From: Podarcis muralis
Lineage: Eukaryota
NCBI RefSeq assembly: GCF_964188315.1
Contig: NC_135671.1
Location: 5,270,001-5,334,000 of the forward strand
Reading direction: 5' to 3'
Length of the DNA stretch: 64,000 nucleotides
Positions 1 to 12,289 of this stretch are shown here, in pieces. The notes under the pieces are model-generated. The model was not told the DNA's origin, did no database searches, and worked only from the letters and a program-made list of their open reading frames with translations. Each line of letters opens with the position of its first letter. The stretch's first letter is position 1. The position numbers were made by a program, and so were the translations under genes.

Positions 1-400
1 GGACCCCTGCTTTACTCCTTAGCTTTTTCTTCTCCTGAAGATATCCTGCAAGGCAGTGGAGGTTTGGATCAGTTTTCCTTCTCCTAGGTGGGCTACCTTC
101 CCAGGTTGATGAGCCCCATCTGCTCCTCACTTCCCTCTACAGCACATACAGGAACCACCTTCTTGACTGTTGGATCCACTTTTGATCTCATCCATTCAGC
201 CCTCCAGAGCCTGCCTTGCATGCAGGGGAAGCCCCTAACTCACCCAGGGTTTGAGACCCATTGGCTATCCTCACCTGGTTTAGCTGGCTAGTCGAAGCCA
301 TTTCCTGGGAGTGTGGTTGCTGTCGGATGCTGACAGCTTCTAGGAGCCACAGGTAAGAGCTGAGTGTGGGGTGGGGACTTAAAGTGGACATACTACCCCA
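1..400. mobile_element. Degraded interspersed repeat, probably an RTE-clade LINE 5' segment
   Basis: Resembles a recurrent squamate repeat (ttttccttctcctaggtgggctaccttcccaggttgatgagccccatc...). No intact ORF; family recalled, not searched. Confidence 0.3.
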
Positions 401-1136
401 GAGGTACTACCACTCATCTAACACCCCATACACCACAAGGAAGGTAGAAAACACTAAGATCAAGAGGCCTGATTCAGTTGTGGACTGGTCTCCTTATTCC
501 ATAAAGACAGAGGAGATGCACACACAGTCAAACAAAGTGGTACATCTCAAAATTCCACCATCTCACATTGTCTGATGTGTCAAGCATCTCTCCAAGCAAC
601 AGAGAGTCAACTAGGCAGGATGAATGTCCTGCAGCGACACTCCCTTCTACGGAGTCCTGTATGCTCCCCTCAGCAGATTTCAGGCTATGAGGAGTTAAAA
701 TGGGTGGACACAGCCAAGGGGAGAGGACTGGCAGCTGGCAATGCAGGCTAAACGAGGAGGAAGGAATGCAAGTAGAACCCGCAAACAAGAAAAACGAGTG
801 GTCCAAGTTCCCTTCAAGGAAGTGCTCCCATATGACGCGCTTTCTGACCCTGTTGTAAAAATACTTGCTTTGTCCATCTTGCCCCAGAGCAAATAGATCT
901 GTATCACAGGAAGTTCACATTCCATTTTCTGCTTTACCCAGAGTCTCAATAGCCTTGTGCAAACATCTTACTTTTCTAGTCACAGGAGTGTCACGTTAGA
1001 GCAGAGTGTTACTACTATGAGCAGGCCAGGATACGTGCAAATTTAAAAGTTCAACTTTTTTGAAGCAGAGCCATTTTCATTGATTCTCTTGTGTGGGTCA
1101 CATATGAACTAAAGGCCTTAACTCATGCTGAAAGAC

Positions 1137-1197
<61 letters not shown>
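1137..1197. repeat. Compound (TG)n(GA)n microsatellite
   Basis: Directly visible. Confidence 0.95.
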
Positions 1198-1201
<4 letters not shown>

Positions 1202-1332
1202 ACTTACCCTTCTATTTTCTTCACGAGTGTTGTAGCGTTACTGTGACTCAGTGACAGCGCCATAAAACAATTTCGGGGGGGGGGGGGTACTGTCAGGGGC
1301 AAAGTATATTTCCAGGTGGGTGATAAAGAAAA

Positions 1333-1682
1333 AGAGCAGGTGGCTCTGTGGGTTAAACCACAGAGCCTAGGACTTGTCAATCAGAAGGTCAGTGGTTCGA
1401 ATCCCCGCTATGGGGTGAGCTCCCGTTGTTCAGTCCCTGCTCCTGCCAGCCTAGAAGTTCAAAAGCACGTCAAAGTGCAAGTAGATAAATAGGTACTGCT
1501 CCGGTGGGAAGGTAAACGGCGTTTCTGTGCACTGCTCTGATTCACCAGAAGCAGCTTAGTCATGCTGGCCACATGACCCGGAAGCTGTACACCAGCTCCC
1601 TCGGCCAATAAAGCGAGATGAGCGCCGCAACCACAGAGTTGGTCACGACTGGACCTAATGGTCAGGGGTACCTTTACCTTTA
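1333..1682 (+). mobile_element. Sauria SINE, subfamily A, full length, moderately diverged
   Basis: tRNA-like head with B box (GGTTCGAATCC), Bov-B-like 3' region and ACCTTT tail; aligns by eye with the copies at 7968 and 62648. Confidence 0.9.
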
Positions 1683-3880
1683 TGTTAATGACAGGAGTTC
1701 AGCAGGTGGGGGGCAGATGGCGGGGCTGTCACATAGAAGAGAGCAAAGATTTGTTCTGCATTGCCCCAAAATGCAGTGAGAAGGGGGCGAAATTGGCTTC
1801 TAGGACTCTGGCAAAACCAACTGTAAGGAATACTGTGCCTGAGTATTCTGTGCCAATTTATGATCAGCCAAAGTTAGCAAGATCCCCAGTCAGCTGGATG
1901 AGCTGCAGTAATTTCCCTTAATGTGTTGGCTGTATGATCAAAGGATTTCCTCCCAATGAATTTTCTGTACAAGATGGAAGGCTCTCAAAACAGCTGGTTT
2001 AACACTTTGATGGAATGGACAAGCCATTGCGAGAAGTAGAAGGTAATCATGTACGTTCATTTCCATTTGACAAAATATCTCCCCAAGGAAGTGATTTTCC
2101 CAAAGAAGAGGAAAGTTGATACCAATTTATTGGGATTGTTGCTAAGCAGAACATATCAACAAAACACAAAATAAAGACTGATGTGTGTAAGGGATAACAT
2201 ACCAGCTCAGATGAAAGCCTGAAGCCAGTTTGCATTGAGCAAAAACCAGTGTATCAAGACTTATAGAAATGACATATATTTTTCCACTGCATCAGGCCTG
2301 TAGACTCTCTAGGAATGAGCCAATAAATGCAAATTTAGAATGGTTCATTGGCTAGAATGAACTAAACAAGTATCTTTGCCTCCAGGAACACATACTGTAC
2401 AAAATTTGTTCAGGTTGTTTAAAACCTATCAGGAGGGCATGTACTTGTGAATGCATATTTCTGCATGAATGAATGCTACAAGACTAGTATATTTCCTAGC
2501 ATGCTTCTCTTGTATGGGCACCACCATTGCTGTGGATACTCTGTATGCAAAGGTACCAAGATAAGTGAGGATCTGCTACTAAGAGACAGTCATAATTAAA
2601 AGTGAAATTTGCATAATGTCACTCATGTTTCATTACCTGCAATTTTTAAAAAGTTTTGAGCATGATGTATTGTGCTTTTACTAATAATGGGGGTGGAGTA
2701 AAGAGCTGGCTTGGACAGCCTGCCCTCTCACTCACCAACTCATCTGGCTTCTGAAATTCCAGGAGGCTTTGCCCCCACACATAAACATTGTCTTCACAGC
2801 CATAACGACTAGGAACTTGAATTTGCTTGTTCTTTAAATGAAATATTCTTGGGGAGCCGGAGTCTGTGGCCAGTAAATTCTGCAGCTTTTATGCCTTGTC
2901 ACGAAACTACAGCTCTGATCATAGCACAGAATTGTTGTTTTGGGTGGGTAGCTCATAGCAGTTTTATGCCACCCCCTTCCCAGCCTAATGAGTAACCAAG
3001 GTAATAACTAGGTTGCGCTAGAACTGCCTTTGTACTACCAAGCACACAGAGGTTCATAGAAATGTGAGCAAGGTCTCAGTTCACCAAATTCTACAGCTCT
3101 TTGTATGTTCTCAAAAGAAGGAGGCACCAACTACAGATGATGGCATCCAGAGTATGTCCAGATGAAGGAGTGGAAAGTAAGCAATAATGGCAGATGAATG
3201 AATTTTCATCTAGGTCATTCTGGAGTTATTGCCTGGAGCTACTAGAGGAGGCAACTCATTATAGCAGTGGAAGAGCAGCTCTCTGGTGAACTCCCTATGA
3301 CCTCCAAATAATAAATGACTGCAAGACAGTTTGGGAAAATATTAGTCCCCCACCCCACCCTTGCTACATTGCGCCGAAGACATACAACTTCAGAAACCCT
3401 TCATCATCGCAATTATTGCAGCCTGGAGGAAGATCTAGAGGCAGTTTGAACCAATGCGCTAATACATCTTTGGTGATAAGCTTGAATCTGCATAGAGCAA
3501 CTAAATAATCATGACATATTAACAGCGTGACTGGATGTATAGGAGAGAAGCCTTGTAAATCAGTGATCTGATCTTGTAGAACTGAGCTGGCAAGACTCCA
3601 TGCAAGCTCTGATGCTTTGTCCAAATGGGGAACATAATCACAAGCAAGCATAGGGTGGTGGGGAGCTATTTTATCCAGGACCCAGTCTCTTCTAGGATCC
3701 ATCACTTTCCAGGTTCCCACAGGATTCCACTGCCAAGAAGTGGCAAACAGGACCTCTTGGGCAACTGTGCACACACCTTCATGAGAAAGCCTGACAGATC
3801 AGGGCTACCTCGTCCCAGGTCAGAGGGTGTGTGTATGTTTAAGTGACACACTTTCGGGAGTGATTGTCTTTCCCCTGGGT

Positions 3881-4377
3881 CAGGGGTCTGCAACCTTTAA
3901 GACAAAAAGAGCCACTTGGACCCGCTTCCGAAGAAAAAAAAACTGGGAGCCGCAAAACTCGTCATTATAAAAATAACTTTTTCGTCACTTTTTTTTATTA
4001 TTTCTTTGTTTGACCCCTCAGAATTACTCCTCCTCAAAGAAATAAACGTTAAATCAACAAGTTACCTTTTTGTGTGTGTGTGTTCTTCACTCCCCATCAA
4101 ACAGTGACCAGCATACTGCCCCCTTTCAATGCAGTGACCAGCGTACATGCCCCTTACAATGTAGCGGGCGGGTGGGCGGGAAGGTGACGTCGGGACGGTG
4201 CGTGACTAACACACGCACCGCCCCCATGCGATGTCACAGCCAGTACAGCGCCCGCCACAGTGGGGAGTGTCAGGGCGCACAGTGCGCCTCCTCCCCTCGC
4301 TAGTATCCGCCCTGGAGCCGCGGCAAAGGTGTAAAAGAGCCACATGCGGCTCCGGAGCCGCGGGTTGCAGACCCCTG
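3881..4377. mobile_element. hAT (Charlie-like) non-autonomous element, CpG-rich
   Basis: TIRs CAGGGGTCTGCAACCT / GGGTTGCAGACCCCTG (15/16); 8-bp TSD ccctgggt / ccctggat. Confidence 0.9.
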
Positions 4378-4916
4378 CCCTGGATCATTCTTTATCTCAG
4401 TGACTCTCTGTAGCATATCACAGTGACAGTGAAAACAGGATGAGATGAAATGACAGGGAAATTTCAGTCCTTAAGCCCCAAGGCAAAGGATGGGAGAGGA
4501 AACCAGTCCTGTGAGGCGGGGTCCTTATCCTGGAGAGTGTGGAGTGTTAGAAATGAGGACTTCATCACCCCTTTCTCTATGGCTCTTACCTAGCACAGGT
4601 GGGCAGTGGTACCCACACACCGCTCTCACTGCCTCTCCTACCAGTGTTTCGCTGCACCTTCCACTGTGGCCGAATCCAACACATGGGGATTGTGTTAGCC
4701 GCAGTTTACCTTGCAAGAAGCCAGCTTGCACATGGCTGCATTTGCACATGAAGAGCACATATGCAGCATTCTTTCCCCAATCTGTGCCGGCTGGGGCTAA
4801 GCTGAAGTCCAAAACACCTGAGGAGCATCAAATCAGGAAACGTTGACCTAGAGTGAAACCTTTATCTAGAGATGAACTCTAGAGCAAGGGTCACCAATGT
4901 GGTGTCTGTGGGGAAA

Positions 4917-4919
<3 letters not shown>

Positions 4920-4991
<72 letters not shown>
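4920..4991. repeat. Compound (CT)n(GT)n microsatellite
   Basis: Directly visible; explains the spurious low-complexity ORFs at 4866-5216. Confidence 0.95.
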
Positions 4992-5329
4992 TTCACAATG
5001 CACACAAAGATACAAGTTGGAGCCAATAAAACAGACCCTCTTGAAACTAAGTATTTTTTTCATGCGTTTCTCTCTCCTTATCTGACCACCATCAAATCAC
5101 AGATTACATCTATCTGTCTGTACTGTATTAACCAAACAGTAAATACCACACATCTTAGTGCTTTCCAGCACTGCTATGGTACAAAGACATTGATCCCAAG
5201 CACTGGTCTTTATTAATCCTCTCTTTTAAAATACAAACTACCATCAAATCATAGGTCAAAACATATGCTTTTTTGTGCAGTACATCAGTGTAGGCTTTAC
5301 TTTGCTGATGTTTTTTGGGGGGATGAACG

Positions 5330-5640
5330 CTCCATCAAATCGTGGCAGTTTAGGAGGATCTGTCTTAATTCTGCTAGATCTGACTTTTACCTAGGCCCCT
5401 TGGAAAAGGTGTATGTGTGTGTGTGTGCTGATATTATTATTATTATTTGTACCTTTAGTTTTAGATCTTATTATGCTTTGTGTGGAAATTGTTCAGTTTG
5501 GTCATGTACTTTTTGGTGTGTTTTATTTATTGTTTATGACTTCTTTTGCAATTATGAAAATCTTCTCATGTTGTAAGCTGCCTCGAACATGATTTTAATG
5601 ATGGAAAGGCAGCATACAAATAAATCATTGATGATGATGA
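5330..5640 (+). mobile_element. Old LINE (L2/CR1-like) 3' end
   Basis: Ends in tgtaagctgcctcgaacatg...ggaaaggcagcatacaaataaat followed by a (gat)n tail, typical of squamate L2-type tails. Confidence 0.4.
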
Positions 5641-5763
5641 ACCGTGAATTGTAGGCCAGATTATCCTACCATTGCCGATGCGAGGCCAGGGGACATTTGC
5701 CTAAGGCCAGCTAATGGATTTTGAAAATGGGTGGAGACTTTCCTAGCTCACCCTTTCATTCAT

Positions 5764-5901
5764 GGTAAGGTAAAGGTAAACGTAAAGGGACCCCTGACCA
5801 TTAGGTCCAGTCGTGGCCAACTCTGGGGTTGCAGCGCTCATCTCGCTTTATTGGCCGAGGGAGCCGGCGTACAGCTTCCGGGTCATGTGGCCAGCATGAC
5901 T
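5764..5901 (-). mobile_element. Sauria SINE 3' fragment
   Basis: Reverse complement of the 3' ~135 nt of the copies at 1333 and 7968, including the (AAAGGT)n tail. Confidence 0.9.
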
Positions 5902-6249
5902 GAACTCTCCCAGGAAGTTCTGAGTTCGATTCTAGTTTCTGCCTTGGATTATATGTGACATCAGGATCTCCCCTCTCCCATATGGGGCTATGGCTAACGG
6001 CAACCTTCACTACAGGGTTGTTGTAAAGGTCTTGTCATGTAAAGCGCCTTTGCGCTTAAAAGGGGGCCTCTGTGCTTCAAGATGGAGACTGGCAAAGGTA
6101 ATAGGAAGACTCAGGAACAATTCCATTGGCTGCTTTTAGGGGAATAGGAAAACTCTTATGTTTTCATCTGGAAAAGAGGCTCAGCTGACATCCTGGTTGC
6201 TACGAAGGAAGGAGCGAGCATATGAATGAGTCAGATCTCTCTCTCTCTC

Positions 6250-6830
6250 TGAATGACTTTCGAAGGGGGCAGGGCTTCAAGTGGAGAATGGAATTCAGGT
6301 GCCCATCAGAGCATCTCCCGGGGAAAGCCAAGAGTTGCTTCGCCCGCTAGAACAGCAGGAGGACGCCCAGAAGCTGAGATCCTCTACAGGATGGGGAGCA
6401 ACGTGCGCCTTCGCCGGGAGCAGCAGATCCCCCTCGGTCCCCATGTAAGCGAGATCTCGACAGAGAGCCTTTTGTTTCGGGAACTGCGGGCGGGAGGAGG
6501 GGGGGAGACAGACACAGAGAGAGCGCCTTTGGAAGGCAATGGAGAAAGCGAAAGGGTTTGTTGCGACGAATGGGGGACGTGGGGGAGGCGTTTTTATGTG
6601 TGTTTGGGGGGGTCCCTTCCATCCTCGCCTTTTGTGCCTTAAGCCACCCGCACCTTTGTAGGATAGGGACCCCGCACAGCTCAGAACAGAATTGGACCGG
6701 TGCATGCATACAAAACACACAGAGATGGGTCTCTCTCCCAGCTACAATTGATGCACCGAGTCCGCTTCTGCCCTGCATTTCCTCCGGGCAAGGGGGAAGA
6801 TCCATTCTCCGGCGACGGAGAAATGTTATG
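6250..6830 (+). promoter_or_regulatory. GNE: Small CpG-enriched region, probable promoter/5' end of the distal GNE first exon (A1)
   Basis: Local CpG and GC enrichment around the coding first exon; TSS not determinable. Confidence 0.5.
6391..6444 (+). CDS. GNE: GNE distal coding first exon (A1) of the GNE2-type long isoform: MGSNVRLRREQQIPLGPH
   Basis: Strong Kozak (aggATGG); phase-0 donor CAT|GTAAGC; peptide shares L-x-RE...GPH with recalled human METYGYLQRESCFQGPH and mouse METHAHLHREQSYAGPH; joins exon 2 in frame. Confidence 0.85.
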
Positions 6831-7967
6831 ACTGGCCAGCGATTGCCGTTAGCTCGTTTCCAGACAGAGGGGCAGAGACTGTCTGGAAACGTCTGAGAGA
6901 CAAGCCCTACTCCCTTTCCACTCCCATTCTGGTCAGATACTCAATAGTAGTAAGTTATTGTTTGGGGGGAGGGTGTTCCCCAGAGTGTAAAGGAAATGCA
7001 CTCTTCACATGCTCAGGCGCACTCTCATCTCCTGGGAACAGAGAGCTGAGCTGAGCTCAGAGGAAGCCTGGTTTAATTTATACACCAGCCTTCGGGTCGC
7101 TTTTAAGAGGGGCTGTGAGGAGGGTCCCACATGCAGGTTTAGTTTCAGCAACAAGAGCCCTCCTGTTCCTGGGCCACCCCAGTCGCAACCTCTCTCACAT
7201 CTTGTCAAAACTCCCCACCAAGAGCTTGTAGATGCAAGTCTTGATATACTAAAGCACTTTCTAATTTGAGTTGTGCCACGATTGCTACCCTTACTCTAAG
7301 GAAGCTATGCTGCTATCCCTGCTGTGTTCTAGTTTGTGGCAGTGTGTACTGAGGCTGCAACTCTGAGACTGAGCCCCACAGAACTTAACAGGACTTCCTT
7401 CTGATACAGATACATATAGGGTTGCACAGCAAGAGTTTGAAATCCCTGCAGCAGTTATTTTAAAAGCAATTATCTGAGACCTAAAGCTCCTAGTGCTTTG
7501 TGTCTTCAGAGATGGGCAGCAGGAAGTTTGGGGGGAGTGCCTGTTGTTTTATTGCAAGATGTTTCCTCTAGAAGTCTTTGCATGGAAATGAGGTACATGT
7601 TTCATGTCATCAAGCCCAGTGTTCCTTCATATAAATACTCAGAAATAAGAAGTTTTCTTGGGAGAAAGCCCTGATGAAAATTGCATAGAATTAGAATCTG
7701 CACTTAGCAGACTTTTTTAAAAAATGTGTGCATTACAGGTTCACACACTCATTGAAAGTCTGGAATAGCATCTATATGTGTACTTGTGAGATTGCGTTCA
7801 AAGAATGACAAATGTTTGTGCACAATGAGCAAAATCCCTGCCGTGTGTTTGAGGAGACGGCTTGTGTACTGCAAAGAGATGTGTGTACATCCTTCGCATT
7901 GCACCCCTCTGATCTTGGGGGTATAGCTCTTCCATCAAGTCTTAAGTAACCATGTAATGCACAGCAT

Positions 7968-8320
7968 GGGACACGGGTGGCACTGTGGGTTAAACCACAG
8001 AGCCTAGGACTTGCCAATCAGAAGGTCAGTGGTTCGAATCCCCGCAACAGGGTGAGCTCCCGTTGCTCGGTCCCTGCTCCTGCCAACCTAGCAGTTTGAA
8101 AGCACATCAAAGTGCAAGTAGATAAATAGGTACCGCTCCGGCGGGAAGGTAAATGGCGTTTCCATGCGCTGCTCTGGTTCGCCAGAAGCGGCTTAGTCAT
8201 GCTGGTCACATGACCTGGAAGCTGTACGCCGGCTCCCTCGGCCAATAAAGCGAGATGAGCACCGCAACCCCAGAGTCGGCCATGACTGGACCTAATGGTC
8301 AGGGGTCCCTTTACCTTTAC
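7968..8320 (+). mobile_element. Sauria SINE, subfamily A, full length
   Basis: GGGAC(A)CGGGTGGC head, B box, ACCTTT tail; TSD gcacagcatg at 7959-7968 and 8325-8334. Confidence 0.95.
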
Positions 8321-10184
8321 TAAGGCACAGCATGAATAGTACAGGAGCTTGATTTAAATTGTACAAGTTAACTGAAGTAACTGTTGCTGTGAACACAGGG
8401 TGGTCTTCAACCATGTGGCACTCCCACCCCTGTGATCCCTGCTCTGGAGAATTGGAGGAATTCCCAGAGCAGATTTAGGAGGCACACAGGGAAAGAAAAG
8501 CACAGAAAAGTCCATTGCACAAGTGGAACTTGTTCCGCCCAGGCAAAGTGCATAGGGCTGCATCAAATACGACCCATAACGTCCCGGGTGTCTTGCTTTG
8601 GAAATCAAACTGTTGAGAAAAATCTTAGCCAACATAGCTGAGATTATGAATTTATAGAGGATTGATATGGGAAGTGATTAAACGTGCTCATCATGGGGCA
8701 AAGTGACCTATTGACCCCTTCCACCCACTATGCATATATAGTAATTACTACATGGATTCTTGAATCTTAATAGTACACACAATATAAAAACAAGCCTCAC
8801 TTATGTTTTGGATCAGGGTTGCTAAGCTGGACAGAAAGAAAGCTGCTTTTGTGGTGGGAACCCACAATTTGCAACCATGAAAACTGGATTTTTAAAATGT
8901 ATTTGCTGATAAACCTGACCAGGTTGCTGTGAGATGTGTAGAGGGAACAAATGCAGCATTGATGCAAGTGGAAGATAATGCCTTAGGTTTACTTTGCAAA
9001 AATGGGAAGTGACTCAGTTTTTACAGGTTTTGCACTTCTTATAATGCAATGCTAAACTCAGCTGAACTCAGGTAGAAGTTTCTGAGTGAGATTGAACAGT
9101 ATGATTCTTAGAGCCATAGGGAAGGTAGGGGGCAGGGGTGCAGCAGGTGTGTCTGCCAAAAATAAATTAGTTCTGCCCTGCCCTCACAGCATTATTTATT
9201 TATTTTTTGCATATAAAACAGAGCTCCTTCCCCTTTAGAATCCATTGCACCCTTTTTCTTAGCTCTACAAATATTACAAGTCTTGTGCACCCTCACTGGG
9301 CAGATTCAGGCTTTTCTATACTTCTTGTTCTACAGGTTTGCCAAAGCCACTGACTCTGTTATAGGTGACATTTACTGAGAACCCACCGAGTAAAAAAAGC
9401 TTTCTTCTAAAGTGGTTTGGGAGACCACTTGCTAGGGATGAGACTGCATGCCAGGGGTGTCCTTAAGACGAAAACCATAAACACAAAAGTAAGTTCAGGC
9501 AGTGAGTTCAATGGAACACACTTCTGAGCAAGCATGCTTCAGATCACACTGCATATTTTTTTCAAGAACATGACATGAATTACTTTGGAGATCAAGTCTA
9601 CCTGGAAGTTAGGCTGTCTAATCTAGAAGCCCTACTCCCAAATCTCAGCAGCATAGCTTTCTGCGGCTGGGTTATTTGTGGAAGAAATGTACACTGCACA
9701 GACTTCTAGAAGCACTGTTACACAGCATGTACAGCACTCGTGTGTATTTAACATTCAGCTCTGAAAGGGTTTGAACCTTTTGCATGGGATCAGTATGTGC
9801 GTTCATTTAAAAATGTGTGTATACCTTTAACTCTCATGCCCAATAAAGAATTTATCACACGAGGAAGTAGAAAAATGTTGGTTTATTACACAGAAATATT
9901 AGCAGAGTATGTGGGTGCTGCTTCAAACAGGAAGCTTACAATTATTGCAGGCAGAAAATAACCATACAGTGCATACACAGCTTGATTCTAAAGGGCAAAG
10001 AAGAGTCCTTAAACTAACTCCAAAGTCTGGAGAGGGAGCGCAGCAATGTGCTACAGACAATGTGCACTAAAAAGAAAGAAAATAAGAGAAGGGGTGGTTG
10101 TACTGTCCTTGAAGCGTAAAGGAACACAAAGTCTGGGATCAGAGATCTGTGCCTTCTGTGAGACGTAAGCTCCCTGCTTGGGAG

Positions 10185-10290
10185 TGAGAGTTGCTCAGTG
10201 GGTAGAGCATGAGGCTCTTAATCCCAGGGTTGTGGGTTTGAGCTCATGTTGGGCAAAAGATTCCTAAGTTGCAAGGAGTTGGGTTGATGC
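10185..10290 (+). mobile_element. tRNA(Lys)-derived SINE with CR1-like 3' part, degraded
   Basis: A-box-like gctcagtgggtagagc, tRNA-Lys-like ctcttaatc arm, then gggcaaaagattcc...gcaaggagttgg matching the tail fragments at 18242 and about 44600. Confidence 0.65.
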
Positions 10291-10831
10291 TTAAAATCAC
10301 TGAGGTGCAAAGAGGGGGTCTTACTGGAGCTGTCAGTTGACTAAGCATTGAAAATCAAGGGTTTGTTTATACTTCAAAGCTAACTAAACTTTATGAAAAG
10401 GAGAGGGGGCTTCCTAAGCAAAGAGTGTCAACACCTAAGACCTTTGAACCATTGTTTATTCCTGCTGCTTTACTGAAATTGAAGTAAAAGGCCTAGTTAA
10501 AGAGGAACAGTTTTTGCCTGGCACCTAAAGATATGTAACAAAGGCACCAGGTGAGCATCCCTGGGGAGAGCATTCCACGAATGGGGAGCCACCACAGAAA
10601 AGGCCCGTTCTCATGTTGCTACCCTCCAAACTTCTCATGGTTAGGATTTACCCCTCAAGCAGCTTTGTCAGGAAGAATCCAGGTTCCCCGGCCACATGTC
10701 TGGCCATCAGTAGCCAAAGTCAGAGGTAGTCAACATGGTACCCTGCAGAAATTGTGGACTAAAACTTTCATCAGCCCCAGCCAGCATGGCTAATGGTCAA
10801 GGATGATACTAGTTGTACTCCAAAACATCTA

Positions 10832-11323
10832 CAGTCATATCTCATCTTGCATCCGCTTCAGGTTACGTTTTTTCAAGTTGCGTCCCACGGCAACCCAAAA
10901 GTACCAGAACAGTTACCGTATTTTTTGCTCTATAAGATGCAGCAGACCACAAGACGCACCTAGTTTTTGGAGGAGGAAAACAAGGGGGTGGTGGAAATCT
11001 GAATCTCAGAAGCCAGAACAGCAAGAGGGATTGCTGCGCAGTGAAAGCAGCAATCCCTCTTGCTGTTCTGGCTTCTGTGATAGCTGCACAGCCTGCATTC
11101 ACTCCATAAGATGCATACACATTTCCCCTTACTTTTTAGGAGGGAAAAGGTGAGTCTTATAGAGCAAAAAAATACGGTACTTCCGGGTTTCACAGCTCAC
11201 GCATGCACAGAAGCACTAAATCGTGCTGCATGTGTGCGCAGACGTGGCGCTTCTGGATGCAAACGCTTCGAGCTGCAGATGTGCCTCTGGGACGGATTAT
11301 ATCTGCAACTCGAGGTTCCACTG
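10832..11323. mobile_element. Tigger/pogo-type MITE interrupted by a nested Tc2-like MITE
   Basis: ta|CAGTCATATCTC ... CGAGGTTCCACTG ends; the two halves rejoin as accagaacagt(ta)cttccgggtt. Confidence 0.75.
10916..11177. mobile_element. Tc1/mariner (Tc2/Kanga-like) MITE
   Basis: TIRs CCGTATTTTTTGCTCTATAAGA / TCTTATAGAGCAAAAAAATACGG; TA TSD at 10914-15 and 11178-79; internal perfect hairpin. Confidence 0.9.
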
Positions 11324-11820
11324 TGGAGGCACAATGACTACCCCAGACTAGGGTATCAAAATGTTGAAAGCTAACCCTGTGCTTGCTTAATGATATAAAG
11401 ACCTAGGCAAAGTTGATTTATTGTTGTGGTAATTTGATTCTTGGAGATTTTATTATGTATTATATAAATTTATGCTGTGTTCTGCTCTGGGATTGGTTTT
11501 AATGGATAACAGCTTCTAAGTTACCTAAGCAAATAAATGAGCAGACAATAAGTAGAAACATGAACACAACCAAACCACAGCAAATATGACTTTAACATGT
11601 ACACTGAGGCCTAAAATAAGCAGATAAGCAGAAATAGAAACATAACCAAAACCACAGCAATCATATACTGAACAGTTTTGCATTAATCGATCAATAAGAC
11701 TGCATTAGCGGGACTAATACATACCTGAAAAGCAAAGCATGTAGAGTTGTCTTTGATGTAAAAGTTATATTAAATAACATAAAAACAATTCCAGTTACAA
11801 ATATCTGCAGGAATAGAGAT

Positions 11821-12289
11821 GTTGTTGTTGTTTAGTCGTGTCCGACTCTTTGTGACCCCCTGGACCAGAGCACGCCAGTCTTCCACTGCCTCCCGCAGTT
11901 TGGTCAAACTCATGCTGGTAGCTTCGAGAACACTATCCAATTATCTCGTCCTCTGTCGTCCCCTTCTCCTTGTGCCCTCCATCTTTCCCAACATCAGGGT
12001 CTTTTCCAGGGAGTCTTCTCTTCTCATGAGGTGGCCAAAGTATTGGAGCCTCAGCTTCAGGATCCGTCCTTCCAGTGAGCACTCAGGGCTGATTTACTTA
12101 AGAATGGAGAGGTTTGATCTTCTTGCAGTCCATGGGACTCTCAAGAGTCTCCTCCAGCACCATAATTCAAAAGAATCAATTCTTCGGCGATCAGCCTTCT
12201 TTATCGTCCAGCTCTCACTTCCATACATCACTATTGGGAAAACCATGGCTTTAACTATACGGACCTTTGTTGGCAAGGTGATGTCTCTG
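11821..12289 (-). mobile_element. Bov-B (RTE) LINE, 5'-truncated 3' fragment
   Basis: Minus-strand peptide RDITLPTKVRIVKAMVFPIVMYGSESWTIKKADRRRIDSFELWCWRRLLRVPWTARRSN is the Bov-B ORF C-terminus; (CAA)n tail; TSD ggaatagagat at 11810-11820 and 12301-12311. Confidence 0.93.

Noticed and set aside
3364-3774. 136-aa minus-strand ORF
   Set aside because: No recognisable motif and no convincing splice or promoter context; a homology search would be needed to revive it.
6257-6444. A GNE3-type isoform (A1 spliced to exon 3 in the alternative frame, as recalled for human)
   Set aside because: That frame is open from 6257 to the donor but contains no ATG; the ATG at 6288 is in a third frame and stops at 6350.
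10185-10260. tRNA-Lys gene
   Set aside because: B box and acceptor stem are degraded and the sequence runs into a CR1-like SINE body, so it is a SINE head.
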